A DNA stretch of 64,000 bases, from assembly GCA_947625765.1 (NCBI GenBank), contig CANQPP010000008.1, forward strand, positions 2,222 to 66,221, in the 5' to 3' direction. This document shows, piece after piece, positions 28,167-37,672 of the stretch. How positions within the stretch are numbered: position 1 is the first letter of the stretch; each line of letters starts with the position of its first letter. Under the pieces are notes generated by a model. It made no database searches. It was not told where the DNA came from and worked only from the letters and a program-made list of their open reading frames with translations. Made by a program: the position numbers and the translations under genes. The stretch comes from an uncultured Clostridia bacterium. GTDB taxonomy: Bacteria; Bacillota; Clostridia; Christensenellales; UBA1750.

Positions 28167-29009
28167 TCACAGCTCCATCCGGTCGATGCCGTCCATCGTC
28201 TCGTCGCTGAAGGCCAGAAACAAAAGCAGGATGGGCACGAGCGCCAGCACGCAGACGGCGAACAGGCCGAACTGCCGCGCGTCCATCATCTCGTGGATAT
28301 ACAGCGAGAGCGGATACAGCCGCCGGGTCTGCAGGAGCAGCAGCGGCTGCTCGATCAGGTTCCACATCTTCGCCGACACGAGCACGCAGGCCGCCGCCAG
28401 GGCGGGCCTGCACAGGGGCAGCACGACGCTGCCATAGCAGCGCAGCCAGCCCGCGCCGTCGATGCGGGCGGCCTCCAGAACGGAGGCGGGGATGCCCTTC
28501 ATGAACTGCCGCAGGAAGAACACCGGCAGGGGCGAAAAGACCTCCGGCAGTATGAGCGCCCAGGGCGTATCCAAGAGACGAAGGGCGTCCATGGAGAGGT
28601 ACACGGGCACGCAGAGCACCTGAAAGGGCAGCAGCAGGACGAAGACGTACACAAGGAACAGCGCGTCGCGCCCCTTGAACTTCAGAAGCGCAAAGGCGAA
28701 GGCGGCGGCGGGCGCGGCCAGCAGCATCCCCAAAAGCGCCAGGAACACATACCCCGCGGAGTTGAGCAGGGTCGCAGGTACCTGCGGTCTCTCCAGCAGC
28801 AGCTCGCGGTATTGTTCCAGCGTCGCCTCCATGGGCGGCAGGGGCGAAGGCAGGAAGCCCTCGTCCGTGTAGCGGCCCATCCCCGCAAAGAGCCTGTCCG
28901 TCTCCCAGCGGCTCAAGAAGGAGGCGCCGAAGATAAAGAGCACGGGCAGGAGGAACAACAGCGCCGCAAAGACCGCCAGAACGCGCAGCCAAAGCCCCCG
29001 CTTACACAT
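28167..29009 (-). CDS. carbohydrate ABC transporter permease (MalG-like)
   Basis: Six-TM protein with an EAA-type loop (LEAARIDGAGWLRCYGSVVLP). ATG 29009 is preferred over GTG 29021. Confidence 0.8.
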   Translation of the reverse strand: MCKRGLWLRVLAVFAALLFLLPVLFIFGASFLSRWETDRLFAGMGRYTDEGFLPSPLPPMEATLEQYRELLLERPQVPATLLNSAGYVFLALLGMLLAAPAAAFAFALLKFKGRDALFLVYVFVLLLPFQVLCVPVYLSMDALRLLDTPWALILPEVFSPLPVFFLRQFMKGIPASVLEAARIDGAGWLRCYGSVVLPLCRPALAAACVLVSAKMWNLIEQPLLLLQTRRLYPLSLYIHEMMDARQFGLFAVCVLALVPILLLFLAFSDETMDGIDRMEL

Positions 29010-29835
29010 GCTTCTCACCACGGAACAGGAGCCACAGCAGGAGCAGAAGGAGGAGCAGCGGCAGATAACCCGCCGTCACCACGCCGGCGTAGTCCCCCGC
29101 GTGGAAGCGGTTGTAAAGGAAGTGCTGCAGGGTATAGATCTCCGGCGTGGGATAATTCCCCGCCAGCAGATAGGTCTCGCGAAAGATGTCCTGCGCCAGC
29201 ACGAAGGCGAAGACCAATGCAAAGAGGAGCGTCGGGAGCAGGTGCGGCAGGTACACAAAGCGCACGCAGCCCCGCCAGTTGGCGCCGTTCAAACGGGCTT
29301 CCTCCAGCTGTTCCTTGGGCGTGCCCGCAAGGCGGGCGGTCAGGAAGGCGACGAAGAAACCCGCGTTCTTCCACAAGAACACCGTGAGCACGGACAGCAG
29401 CGCCGCGGGGCCGGAGAGCAGGAAGGGCCGCGCAAGCCCGAACGCGGCGGCCAGGCGGCCGACAGGGCCGCGGTAGTCGAGCGCCCAGCGGAAGGCAAAG
29501 ACCACCGCCACCGTGGGCAAAACATAGGGCAGGAAGAACAGGCTCCGCAGCCAATGGGAGGCGCGCCCCACCTCGTGGAGCAGGAAGCTCAGGGAAAGGG
29601 AAAGGAGCAGCAGCAGGGGCACGCCCAGCAGGCAGAGAAGCGCCGTGTTGCCAAGGCCCAGCCGGAACATGCCGCTGGCAAGTGTCGAGCGCAGGGCGGT
29701 AGTCCCTAAAAAACCCTCGCCGGGCGACCAGACCAGGAAGCGCAGGCCGAACAGGAAAGGCAGCAGGCAAAAGGCCGACAGCCCCAAAAGGCTGGGCAGC
29801 AGAAACAGGTACGCCTGCCAGCTCCGAACGCGCAC
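29002..29835 (-). CDS. carbohydrate ABC transporter permease (MalF-like)
   Basis: EEARLNGANWRGCVRFVYLP loop. GTG start follows AAGGGAGGGAAGG. Confidence 0.8.
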   Translation of the reverse strand: MRVRSWQAYLFLLPSLLGLSAFCLLPFLFGLRFLVWSPGEGFLGTTALRSTLASGMFRLGLGNTALLCLLGVPLLLLLSLSLSFLLHEVGRASHWLRSLFFLPYVLPTVAVVFAFRWALDYRGPVGRLAAAFGLARPFLLSGPAALLSVLTVFLWKNAGFFVAFLTARLAGTPKEQLEEARLNGANWRGCVRFVYLPHLLPTLLFALVFAFVLAQDIFRETYLLAGNYPTPEIYTLQHFLYNRFHAGDYAGVVTAGYLPLLLLLLLLWLLFRGEKHV

Positions 29836-29850
29836 GGCCCTTCCCTCCCT

Positions 29851-31212
29851 TTATCCGCCCTGCTCCATGCGGTACATCTCATATCTCTGCTGCGTCAGGG
29901 CGGCGCACTGTGCAGCGTCGATCGCGCCGTCCAGATACATGGGGAATATCTCGTTGTGGAAGGCGGTGAGGAAGCCCGCAGACGAGGGGACCGCGAGCCG
30001 CTCGGTCAGGGCCAGCCAGCGCGCCTGGGCTTCCGGCTCCTCCCCCACGACCTCGACCAAATGCGCATTGTCCGCATAGCAGGCTGCGGAATATAGGCTG
30101 CCGTAGCGCATGGCCCCGTGGAGGACCGGGTCGTAATCGGGCCTTCCGTTTAGACCCACGTCCGCGGCCGCGGACAGGAAGCGGAAGGCGGCCTTCTTCC
30201 TCGTAGAAAAGGCGTTCACCGCAAGCTCGGTCACGGACGCGGCCAGGCGTCCCTTCTCGTCCACGGTCGGCGGCGCGAACACCTCCCGGTTCCTCTCCCG
30301 CACAGCCGTGGGCGGGGAAACGCTGCGGTCGATGAAATAGGTGGAGAAGCTGTTAAAATCGACCCGCAGGGGCGGCGCGGTCCCGTCCAGCGCGCCCGTC
30401 TCCGTTTCGCTGAAGCAGGCCTTCTTAAGCTCCAGAACGGAAACAAAGCCTTCCGTGTCGAAGGAAAAGCCTTCTTCGTCCATGCCCAGCACGTACTGTT
30501 CCAGCAGGGCGCTGGCGATCGCATCGCCGCTTACGTGCAGAAGGCGGAAACCGTCGTTGGAGAATGCGCCCATGAGTTCCTGCCAGGTATCGTATGGGCG
30601 TTTTTCCATCTCGTCCAATAACCGCGCGTCCGCATCGGTCACGACCGTAAAGTGCTCACGGCCATAGGTATCCAGCGAACCTGTCTGCCAGGCCTCGTAG
30701 AGCGCCCCGTCAAAGCTGAGCGTCTTTGTGCGCAGCTCGGTGGGCAGGGCGAAACAGCGCCCGTCCCGGCTCACGTGCGCCTGCAGCACCGGCAGCATCG
30801 CCTGGACCGCTTCCCGCACGCCTTCAACGTCCGTGATGTCCGCATAGAAGCCCTTGTCCACAAAGCCATCCGCGGAATAGTAGACGCCCATGCCCGAAAA
30901 GAGCTCCAGCACGTCGTAGGAGGCGCGCCCGGCCGCGAAGTCGGCGATCATGCGCTCGTCCGTTTCGTTGGATGTCTGGACCAGCTCCACGTCCGTCCCC
31001 AGCGCAGCGCCCATGGCCTCGGCATAAACGTTCGTGATCTCGCTCATCCCGACCACCACCAACGGGCCCGGGGCGTCCGCTTCCTCTATTTGTGCTTCCT
31101 GCGGCGCGGAGGCCGCGCTGCCCTGCGCTGAAGGCCCCGCGCAGGCGGTCAGGGAAAACAGCCACCACAGGGCGGCGGCCATCGATAGGCCGCGAAGGAA
31201 TGGTCCGCGCAT
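29851..31212 (-). CDS. divergent extracellular solute-binding lipoprotein (family 1-like)
   Basis: Lipobox FSLTAC-A, first gene of the operon. ATG 31212 follows AAAGGAG. Family assignment rests on context and size rather than on clear motifs. Confidence 0.6.
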   Translation of the reverse strand: MRGPFLRGLSMAAALWWLFSLTACAGPSAQGSAASAPQEAQIEEADAPGPLVVVGMSEITNVYAEAMGAALGTDVELVQTSNETDERMIADFAAGRASYDVLELFSGMGVYYSADGFVDKGFYADITDVEGVREAVQAMLPVLQAHVSRDGRCFALPTELRTKTLSFDGALYEAWQTGSLDTYGREHFTVVTDADARLLDEMEKRPYDTWQELMGAFSNDGFRLLHVSGDAIASALLEQYVLGMDEEGFSFDTEGFVSVLELKKACFSETETGALDGTAPPLRVDFNSFSTYFIDRSVSPPTAVRERNREVFAPPTVDEKGRLAASVTELAVNAFSTRKKAAFRFLSAAADVGLNGRPDYDPVLHGAMRYGSLYSAACYADNAHLVEVVGEEPEAQARWLALTERLAVPSSAGFLTAFHNEIFPMYLDGAIDAAQCAALTQQRYEMYRMEQGG

Positions 31213-31458
31213 GGCGTTTCGCTCCTTTTTCGTCGGGCCGAAAGGGGGAAAGCGGGCAAATACGGAAATATCGCTATCTTTATTAATGATGGTATCATAT
31301 TCAAAATGGCCTGTCAATTCCAATTATCTGCGATTTTCCATGAAAACCGCCATTACAATATATATATATAGGAAAATGATATTTTTAAATTCCATCCAAA
31401 TATTTTATATGCTCTATCCAGATTTTCGGCATCTATTCTTTCATTTCCATTTTAGGGC

Positions 31459-31493
31459 AAAAAAGGACCGGGCAGGGATCCTTCCCCGCCCGG
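31459..31493 (-). terminator. hairpin after parB
   Basis: Minus strand has a CCGGGCGGGGAAGGATCCCTGCCCGG stem region followed by TCCTTTTTT. Confidence 0.5.
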
Positions 31494-31512
31494 ATGTTCG
31501 TTCCTGCCTTCT

Positions 31513-32376
31513 TTATTCGATCTCGCCGCCCAGGGCTTCGTAGAGGCGCTGCAGTTCCTCGGCGCTGTTGTAGTGCAATATCAGCTTGCCGCGCGTCGGC
31601 CCGCCGATGGCCTCGGCCTTCACGCCCAGGCTGCGCCGCGCCGCACGCTCCAGCAGCTCCAGCTCCGGCAGGCGCTTGGAGGGTTTGTCGGCAGGCTTGT
31701 CCCCGCCTTCCCTGCGGGCGCGCACGATGGCCTCCGTCTGCCGCACGCTCAGGCCCTGGGCGCGCACGCGCTCCGCCAGGGCGATCTGCTCCTTCTCGTC
31801 CTCCAGGCCCAGGATCGCGCGGCCGTGGCCCTCGCTGACGGAGCCGTCCTCCAGCAGCTCCAGCACCGCCTGCGGCAGGGATAGCAGGCGCAGCAGGTTC
31901 GCCACCGCCGGGCGGCTCTTGCCCACGCGGGCGGCGGCCTCCTCCTGGGTGATGGCGCACTCCGTGATCAGCTCCCGCAGGCCCATCGCCGTCTCCACCG
32001 GGTTGAGGTCGTCCCGCTGCAGGTTCTCGATCAGCGCGATCTCCATCCGCTGTATCTTCTCCGCCTCGCGCACGATGCAGGGCGCGGTCTCCAATCCCGC
32101 CAGCCGCGCCGCCCTCCAGCGGCGCTCGCCCGCGATGATCTGGTACCGGCTCCCCTTCTGCGCCACCACCAGCGGCTGCAAAATGCCCACCTGCCGGATC
32201 GACTGGGCCAGCTGCTCCAGCTTCTCCTGGTCGAAGCGCTTGCGGGGCTGCTCGCGGTTGGGGTCGATCTCGTCCAAGCGGATCTGCTCCACGCGCCCCT
32301 CCTCCGCGGCCGCCTCCTCCTTGTATTCCGTAAACAGCACGTCGATGCCCCGTCCCAGGGCCGGCCGCTTCTTCAT
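31513..32376 (-). CDS. parB: chromosome partitioning protein ParB/Spo0J
   Basis: IDPNREQPRKRFD, LQPLVV and IIAGERRWRAA ParB boxes. Confidence 0.9.
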   Translation of the reverse strand: MKKRPALGRGIDVLFTEYKEEAAAEEGRVEQIRLDEIDPNREQPRKRFDQEKLEQLAQSIRQVGILQPLVVAQKGSRYQIIAGERRWRAARLAGLETAPCIVREAEKIQRMEIALIENLQRDDLNPVETAMGLRELITECAITQEEAAARVGKSRPAVANLLRLLSLPQAVLELLEDGSVSEGHGRAILGLEDEKEQIALAERVRAQGLSVRQTEAIVRARREGGDKPADKPSKRLPELELLERAARRSLGVKAEAIGGPTRGKLILHYNSAEELQRLYEALGGEIE

Positions 32377-33197
32377 CTGCCACCCTCCTCATTCCTGCGT
32401 AAAAATTCGTCGCACAGCTTCTCGTACGCCACCGCGCCCGTGCTCTTTGGGTCGTATACGCAGATCGGTTCCCCAAAGCTGGGCGCCTCGCCCAGGCGCA
32501 CGTTGCGGGGAATGATCGTCTTGTACACCTTCGCGCCGAACACCTTGCGCACCTCCTCCACCACCTGCACGCCCAGGTTCGTCCGGCCGTCCAGCATCGT
32601 CAGCGCGACGCCCTCCACCTCCAGGGCCCGGTTCAGCCTGCGCTTGACCAGGCGCACCGTGTTCATCAGCTGCGTCAGGCCCTCCAGGGCGTAATACTCG
32701 CACTGGATCGGGATGAGCACGCTGTCCGCCGCCGTCAGCGCGTTGAGCGTCAATAACCCCAAGGACGGCGGGCAGTCGATGAACAGATAGTCGTACAGCG
32801 GCAGCACGCCCTGCAGCCTCTGCCGCAGCAGCCGCTCCCGCCCCTGCACGTTCACCAGCTCCAGCTCCGCGCCCGCCAGCGAGATGTTCGACGTCAGGGC
32901 GTACAGCCCCTTCACCGCCGTGGGCGCGACCGCCTCCTGGGCCTCCAATGCGCCGGAGAGCACCTCGTACACCGAGCCCGCCGCCTGCGCCTTGTCCACG
33001 CCTGCGCCGGAGCTGGCGTTCCCCTGGGGATCCAGGTCGATCAACAGCACCTGCTTCCCCCGCCGCGCCACGCTCGCCGCCAGGTTCACCGCCGTGGTGG
33101 TCTTGCCCACCCCGCCCTTCTGGTTCGATACCGCTACGATCTTGGACAAAAAAAGGCCCGCCTTTCCAAACGATGTAATGCCGGTGCGCCCATCCAA
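32373..33197 (-). CDS. parA: chromosome partitioning ATPase ParA/Soj
   Basis: KIVAVSNQKGGVGKTTT deviant Walker A. An alternative TTG start at 33149 would give MSKIVAV. Confidence 0.9.
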   Translation of the reverse strand: MDGRTGITSFGKAGLFLSKIVAVSNQKGGVGKTTTAVNLAASVARRGKQVLLIDLDPQGNASSGAGVDKAQAAGSVYEVLSGALEAQEAVAPTAVKGLYALTSNISLAGAELELVNVQGRERLLRQRLQGVLPLYDYLFIDCPPSLGLLTLNALTAADSVLIPIQCEYYALEGLTQLMNTVRLVKRRLNRALEVEGVALTMLDGRTNLGVQVVEEVRKVFGAKVYKTIIPRNVRLGEAPSFGEPICVYDPKSTGAVAYEKLCDEFLRRNEEGGR

Positions 33198-33359
33198 AAA
33201 GGGCGTCCATGGCTATTATACCGTTTCTTGGCGGGAAAGAGAAGGGGGATGGCTCAATTCCCGGAACCAAAATCTGCCCGGGCGCAGAGAGATGTGCGGA
33301 AGTTACCGCCCGCGCGTTTCACGTGCAACGGCGCGGGGCCTGCGGGAACGCGCCTTGTT

Positions 33360-34208
33360 TCACGTGGAACGCCGCGGGATCACCAAGCGGATCTCCAGCC
33401 CGCGGTCGGTCTCGGTGGCGGCGTAATCGGGCTTTAGGCCCGCGGACTGCATCTGCTGGACCACGGTGCGGATGGAGTTCAAATAAAGCCTCGCGTCGCG
33501 CACCACGGGGGACATCTTCTTCTGGGGCTTGTCCTCCTTTTCGATGCCGTACATGCGGGCGATGGTGCGCTCGACCAGCTCCTCGGTGGCCTTGACGTTT
33601 AAGGAATTCTCCACGATGACGTTGGCGATCTGGATCTGCATGCGCTCGTCGTGCAGGCGCAAAAGGGCGCGGGCGTGGCGCTCGGTGAGGTTGTACTTGA
33701 GCAGCAGTGCCTTGACGGAATCGGGGAGCTTCAGTATGCGCATCTTGTTGGCGATGGTGGACTGGTTCTTGCCCAGGCGGCGGGCCAGCTCCTCCTGGGA
33801 GAGGCTGTGGTCGCGGATGAGGTTCTGGTAGCCCTCGGCCTCCTCCATGTAGTGCAGGTTCTCCCTTTGCAGATTCTCCATCATGGCAATGACGGCGCTG
33901 TCCTGCTCGTAGGCGGAAAAGACGATGGCGTCGATGGAGGTCATGCCGGCCATGCGGCAGGCGCGCAGGCGGCGCTCCCCGGCGATGAGCTCGTAGCTTT
34001 CGCCGCCGGCGGCCTTGCGCACGGAGATGGGCTGCAGCAGGCCGTACTGCCGGATGGACTGGCACAGCTCCTCCAGGCCGCTCTCGGAGAAGACGCGGCG
34101 CGGCTGGTAGGGATTGGGCCGGATGAGGTCGATGGGGATGCGCGCCACCTCCCTTTGCCTCATGCGGATGTTTCTCCTCGCGGTGGGAACCTGGTTCTGC
34201 AGCATCAT
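33360..34208 (-). CDS. noc: ParB-like nucleoid occlusion protein
   Basis: IDLIRPNPYQPRRVF, LLQPISVR and LIAGERRLRA boxes. ATG 34208 follows AAAGGGG. It lies upstream of parA-parB as in other Firmicutes. Confidence 0.8.
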   Translation of the reverse strand: MMLQNQVPTARRNIRMRQREVARIPIDLIRPNPYQPRRVFSESGLEELCQSIRQYGLLQPISVRKAAGGESYELIAGERRLRACRMAGMTSIDAIVFSAYEQDSAVIAMMENLQRENLHYMEEAEGYQNLIRDHSLSQEELARRLGKNQSTIANKMRILKLPDSVKALLLKYNLTERHARALLRLHDERMQIQIANVIVENSLNVKATEELVERTIARMYGIEKEDKPQKKMSPVVRDARLYLNSIRTVVQQMQSAGLKPDYAATETDRGLEIRLVIPRRST

Positions 34209-34306
34209 GGTATTTCGCCCCTTTGGTCTCTTTTTGGAAGTCTTTTTTTGAGATGCTGGGCATAGATTCTTTGTTCCGCGCGGGAAATCCTTTCGCGCGG
34301 GCTGCC

Positions 34307-34351
34307 AAAAAAAGCCCCTTCTTCCGGCCTTTTTCGGCAGGAAGGAGGGGC
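34307..34351 (-). terminator. intrinsic terminator downstream of rhaA
   Basis: Minus strand reads GCCCCTCCTTCCTGCCG-loop-CGGAAGAAGGGGC followed by TTTTTTT. Confidence 0.65.
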
Positions 34352-34462
34352 TTTTGGCAGGATGTTCTTCTTTCCGAGCGGATATTTGCGCGAACGGGGT
34401 CGAAGGGCGTCGCATCTTGGGGAAAAGTTTTTCTTTTCTTTCTCGGAAGGTTCTTTTCTTTT

Positions 34463-35716
34463 TTATCCGCGCGCGCTTAAGATGTCTTTTTCATAGGCGC
34501 GCACCTCGTCCAGCCAGTCATCTCCCGGCAGGCCCTTGCACTCTAAGTACATGTTCCAGACCTCGGCAAAGGGCAGCGTGCGGAACTGCTCGCCATAAGC
34601 CAGGCGGGCGGTGAGATCGCCCTCGCTCTCCACCTGTTTCAGGGTCTGGTAGGGCTCCAACAGGGCCTTGAGCAGGGCCTTCTTGGCGTTGCGGGAGCCG
34701 ATGACCCAGGCGGCGACGCGGTTGATGGAGGCGTCGAAGTAGTCCAGGGCCACGGCCACGCGCTGGGCATAGCCGCCGCGCACGATCTCCTGGGCGATGC
34801 GTTCCAGCTCGTTGTCCAGCGCGACCACGTGGTCGGAGTCCCAGCGCACGCCGCGGGAGACGTGCAAAAGGATCTTGGGGCAGTACTGCAGGCAGGCGGA
34901 GATCTTGTCGGAGATGTACTCCAGAGGATGGAAGTGCCCGGCGTCCAGGCAGTAGAGCTTGCCCCTGGTCAGCGCATAGCCGTAGAGCAGCTCGTGGGAG
35001 CCCACGGTGTAGCTCTCCACGCCGATGCCGAACAGCTTGGACTCCACGGCATCCAGCACGCGCGGGGAGATGGTCCTGTCGCTGAAGATCTCGTCCAGGC
35101 TGCGCACCATGCGCTCCCTTGGCGCGGTGAGGTCGGCGGGGGTGTCCTTGTAGCCGTCGGGCATCCAGAAGTTGACCACGCAGTCCTCGTTGAGCTCCTT
35201 CACAAAGTAATCCGCGATCTCGCGGCAGCGCTTGCCGTGCTCCACCCAAAACCTGCGAATGTTCTCGTCCGCGGAGGCGATCGTGAAGCCCTCGGCGGCC
35301 TTCGGGTGGGAGAAGAAGCTGGGGTTAAAGTCGAGGCCCACGCCCTGCGCCTTGGCCCAGTCGACCCAGCCGCGGAAGTTGTCAGGGCCGATGGCGTCGC
35401 GGTCCACGCGGGGGCCGCTCAGCTCGGCGTACATGGCGTGCAGGTTCAGCTTCTTGGGGCCGGGGATCAGGGAGAACGCCTTTTCGATATCGGCCTTCAG
35501 CTCCTCGGCGTTGCGGGCGCGGCCGGGATAGTTGCCGGTGGCCGCGATGCCGCCGGAGAGCGCCTCGTCGCTGTCGAAGCCGCGCACGTCGTCGCCCTGC
35601 CAGCAGTGGATGGAAAGGGGGATGCGGTCGAGCTCCTCCATGGCCTTCTCCACATCCACGCCCAGGGCCGCGTAGCGCTCCTTTGCGTACTCAAAGCCCT
35701 TCTGTGTGATCGACAT
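34463..35716 (-). CDS. rhaA: L-rhamnose isomerase
   Basis: 417 aa. N-terminus [40 protein letters not shown] and the overall length match RhaA. Confidence 0.8.
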   Translation of the reverse strand: MSITQKGFEYAKERYAALGVDVEKAMEELDRIPLSIHCWQGDDVRGFDSDEALSGGIAATGNYPGRARNAEELKADIEKAFSLIPGPKKLNLHAMYAELSGPRVDRDAIGPDNFRGWVDWAKAQGVGLDFNPSFFSHPKAAEGFTIASADENIRRFWVEHGKRCREIADYFVKELNEDCVVNFWMPDGYKDTPADLTAPRERMVRSLDEIFSDRTISPRVLDAVESKLFGIGVESYTVGSHELLYGYALTRGKLYCLDAGHFHPLEYISDKISACLQYCPKILLHVSRGVRWDSDHVVALDNELERIAQEIVRGGYAQRVAVALDYFDASINRVAAWVIGSRNAKKALLKALLEPYQTLKQVESEGDLTARLAYGEQFRTLPFAEVWNMYLECKGLPGDDWLDEVRAYEKDILSARG

Positions 35717-35764
35717 TTTTAGATGACCTCCTTTTCATGGGTCTCCTGTCGCACTATTTTAACA

Positions 35765-35796
35765 TAAAAAACAGGGCCGCGAAAGCCCTGTTTTTT
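35765..35796. terminator. bidirectional hairpin after alaX-like gene
   Basis: AAAAAA-CAGGGC-cgcgaaa-GCCCTG-TTTTTT. Confidence 0.65.
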
Positions 35797-35798
35797 CT

Positions 35799-36989
35799 CT
35801 ATTTGTAGAGACCTTCGAGCGCCTCCAGCGCCCCGTCCCGGTCGGCCGTCTCCAGCAGCCCCTGCGCCATGTCCGCCCGGCCGCCGCCCTTGCCGGGAAA
35901 ACGGGCCTTGAGCGCCTTGAACGCCGCTCCCGCGTCGAAGGGCGGCCGAGCGGCGACCACGGCCTGCACGCCCTTTTCGCCTTCTGACAAAAGGCACGCG
36001 ATCCCCGCGCCCTGCTTGACCAGCTCCGCGGCCAGCTCCTGCAGCTGCCTGCCGTCCAGCCCGTCCAGCCGCTCGACCACCGCGTTCCCTTCCTTGAGCT
36101 TGACGGGCCGCGCCTCGCGGATCTTCTGCAGGGCCAGCTCCTTCTTTGCCAGGTTCAGCGCATGCTGGCTCTCCTGCAGCTCGCTTTTCAGCTTCTCCAC
36201 CTGGTTTTCCAGGTTCGGCACTCCGCAGGAGAGCGTCTTGGCCGCGTTTTCCGCCGCGTCCGCAGCGGTGCGCAGGTACTTGACCGCCCGATCCCCGGCC
36301 AGGAAGAAGATGCGCAGGTTCCCGTGGCTCCGCGCGCAGCCGGTGATGCGTACCAGCCGCGCTTCCGCCGTGTTGTTCAGGTGCGTGCCGCAGCAGGCCA
36401 CCGCCTCCTGCCCCGCGTGCACGATGCGCAGGTGCGCGTGGTAGGGCGGCTTCTTGCGCAGGGGCAGCGCGGCCAGCTCCTCCTCCGTGGGGAAGAATTG
36501 ATGGATCGGCAGCCCCGCGGTGATGAGCGCGTCCGCGTCCCGCTCCAATCTTTCGATAGTCGCGCGGTCCAGGTCCAGATGTGTTTCGTCTGTCCGCACG
36601 TCCACGTAGGCGTCCTGCTCCCCCACGTGCAGGCCTAAGGAATAGCCGCCGAACAGCTCGTACACCGCGTGGGACAAAAGATGCTGTCCAGTGTGCTGCT
36701 GCATGTGGTCGTACCTGCGCGCCCAGTCGATCTGCCCCGCTACCTCCCCGCAAAGGGGCACATCGGACAGCACCGTGTGCACGATGGGCCCGTCCTCTTC
36801 TGTCTGGCTCACGTCCGTTACCTTGTGGCCGTCCAGCGTCCCCAGGTCGCAGGGTTGCCCGCCGCCCGTGGGGTAAAAGCAGGTGTTTTCCAGCGTCAAG
36901 GCGTACACGCCCGGCTTTATAAGCTCGCAGGAGACCACGCGGCTCCTGAAAGACTTCATATAGGGGTCCAAATGATACAGCGCCGTCAT
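35799..36989 (-). CDS. alaX: alanyl-tRNA editing protein AlaX-L-like (SAD plus DHHA1 domains)
   Basis: FYPTGGGQPCDLG, HTGQHLL and CCGTH zinc/editing motifs. ATG 36989 follows AAGGAGGG. Confidence 0.8.
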   Translation of the reverse strand: MTALYHLDPYMKSFRSRVVSCELIKPGVYALTLENTCFYPTGGGQPCDLGTLDGHKVTDVSQTEEDGPIVHTVLSDVPLCGEVAGQIDWARRYDHMQQHTGQHLLSHAVYELFGGYSLGLHVGEQDAYVDVRTDETHLDLDRATIERLERDADALITAGLPIHQFFPTEEELAALPLRKKPPYHAHLRIVHAGQEAVACCGTHLNNTAEARLVRITGCARSHGNLRIFFLAGDRAVKYLRTAADAAENAAKTLSCGVPNLENQVEKLKSELQESQHALNLAKKELALQKIREARPVKLKEGNAVVERLDGLDGRQLQELAAELVKQGAGIACLLSEGEKGVQAVVAARPPFDAGAAFKALKARFPGKGGGRADMAQGLLETADRDGALEALEGLYK

Positions 36990-37006
36990 CTTGCGCCCTC
37001 CTTTTC

Positions 37007-37672
37007 TTAACAGAAGCACATCCGCCCGCCGCAGCAGCCGGAACAGGCCATGCACTGCAGGATCGTGCAGAGCATCTGGTTCCAGTCCCCGCCCATGAAG
37101 GAGCGGCCCTGCGTCCGCTGGAACACCGCCTCGATCTGCTCGAGCGCCGCGCGGTACTCCCCGTTGTTCGGGTCCATCGCGCAGGCGGTCTCGAAGCTCT
37201 GCTTGGCCCTGTCGTACCAGCCGCGCCGCATGCACACAACGCCATATAAGTAGTGCCACTCGGCGTCGCGCACGCTGCGGTTAAGGAGCGCCTGCTCGGC
37301 CTGGGCCACCAGACCGCGCGCCAGCAGCTCACGGATATCCGCGTACTGACCGCCGCCCGTATACCCGCCGCCGTAGCTGCCGTAACCGTCGTAGCCCCCG
37401 CCATATCCGCCGTAGCCCCCGGCGTTCCCGTAGCCTCCGTATCCGCCCGCGCTTCCATAGCCGCCCGCGCTCTGCTTGCCGCTGCGCTGGTTCTGTATGG
37501 CCTCGTAGGCCGCGTTGATCTCCTTGGCCTTCTCGGAGGCCTGCTTCTGCACCTCCGCCGGGGCCTGAGCGTAGCGGTCCGGGTGGTACTTCTTCACCAG
37601 CGCGCGGTAGGCCTTTTTGATCTCCTCGTCGCTGGCGTTGGGGGATACGCCCAATACCTTATAAGGGTCCAT
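37007..37672 (-). CDS. J-domain protein with Gly/Tyr-rich linker, TPR-like segment and Cys-rich tail
   Basis: [30 protein letters not shown] (HPD motif), GGYG repeats, and C-terminal [20 protein letters not shown]. Confidence 0.85.
   Translation of the reverse strand: MDPYKVLGVSPNASDEEIKKAYRALVKKYHPDRYAQAPAEVQKQASEKAKEINAAYEAIQNQRSGKQSAGGYGSAGGYGGYGNAGGYGGYGGGYDGYGSYGGGYTGGGQYADIRELLARGLVAQAEQALLNRSVRDAEWHYLYGVVCMRRGWYDRAKQSFETACAMDPNNGEYRAALEQIEAVFQRTQGRSFMGGDWNQMLCTILQCMACSGCCGGRMCFC

Noticed and set aside
31324-31440. AT-rich island with a short (TA)n run next to parB, considered as a DNA-unwinding element or second origin half
   Set aside because: No DnaA boxes better than 6/9 are present. 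The position fits the promoter region of the sugar ABC operon plus the parB terminator.
33119-33135. GGTTCGATACC, a tRNA T-arm-like string
   Set aside because: It lies inside the parA Walker-A coding region in frame, and no acceptor or anticodon arms flank it.
35719-37458. 579-aa minus-strand ORF spanning the alaX and J-domain genes in another frame
   Set aside because: Its composition (Ala/Arg/Gly/Pro runs) is not protein-like. It overlaps two well-supported genes in different frames.
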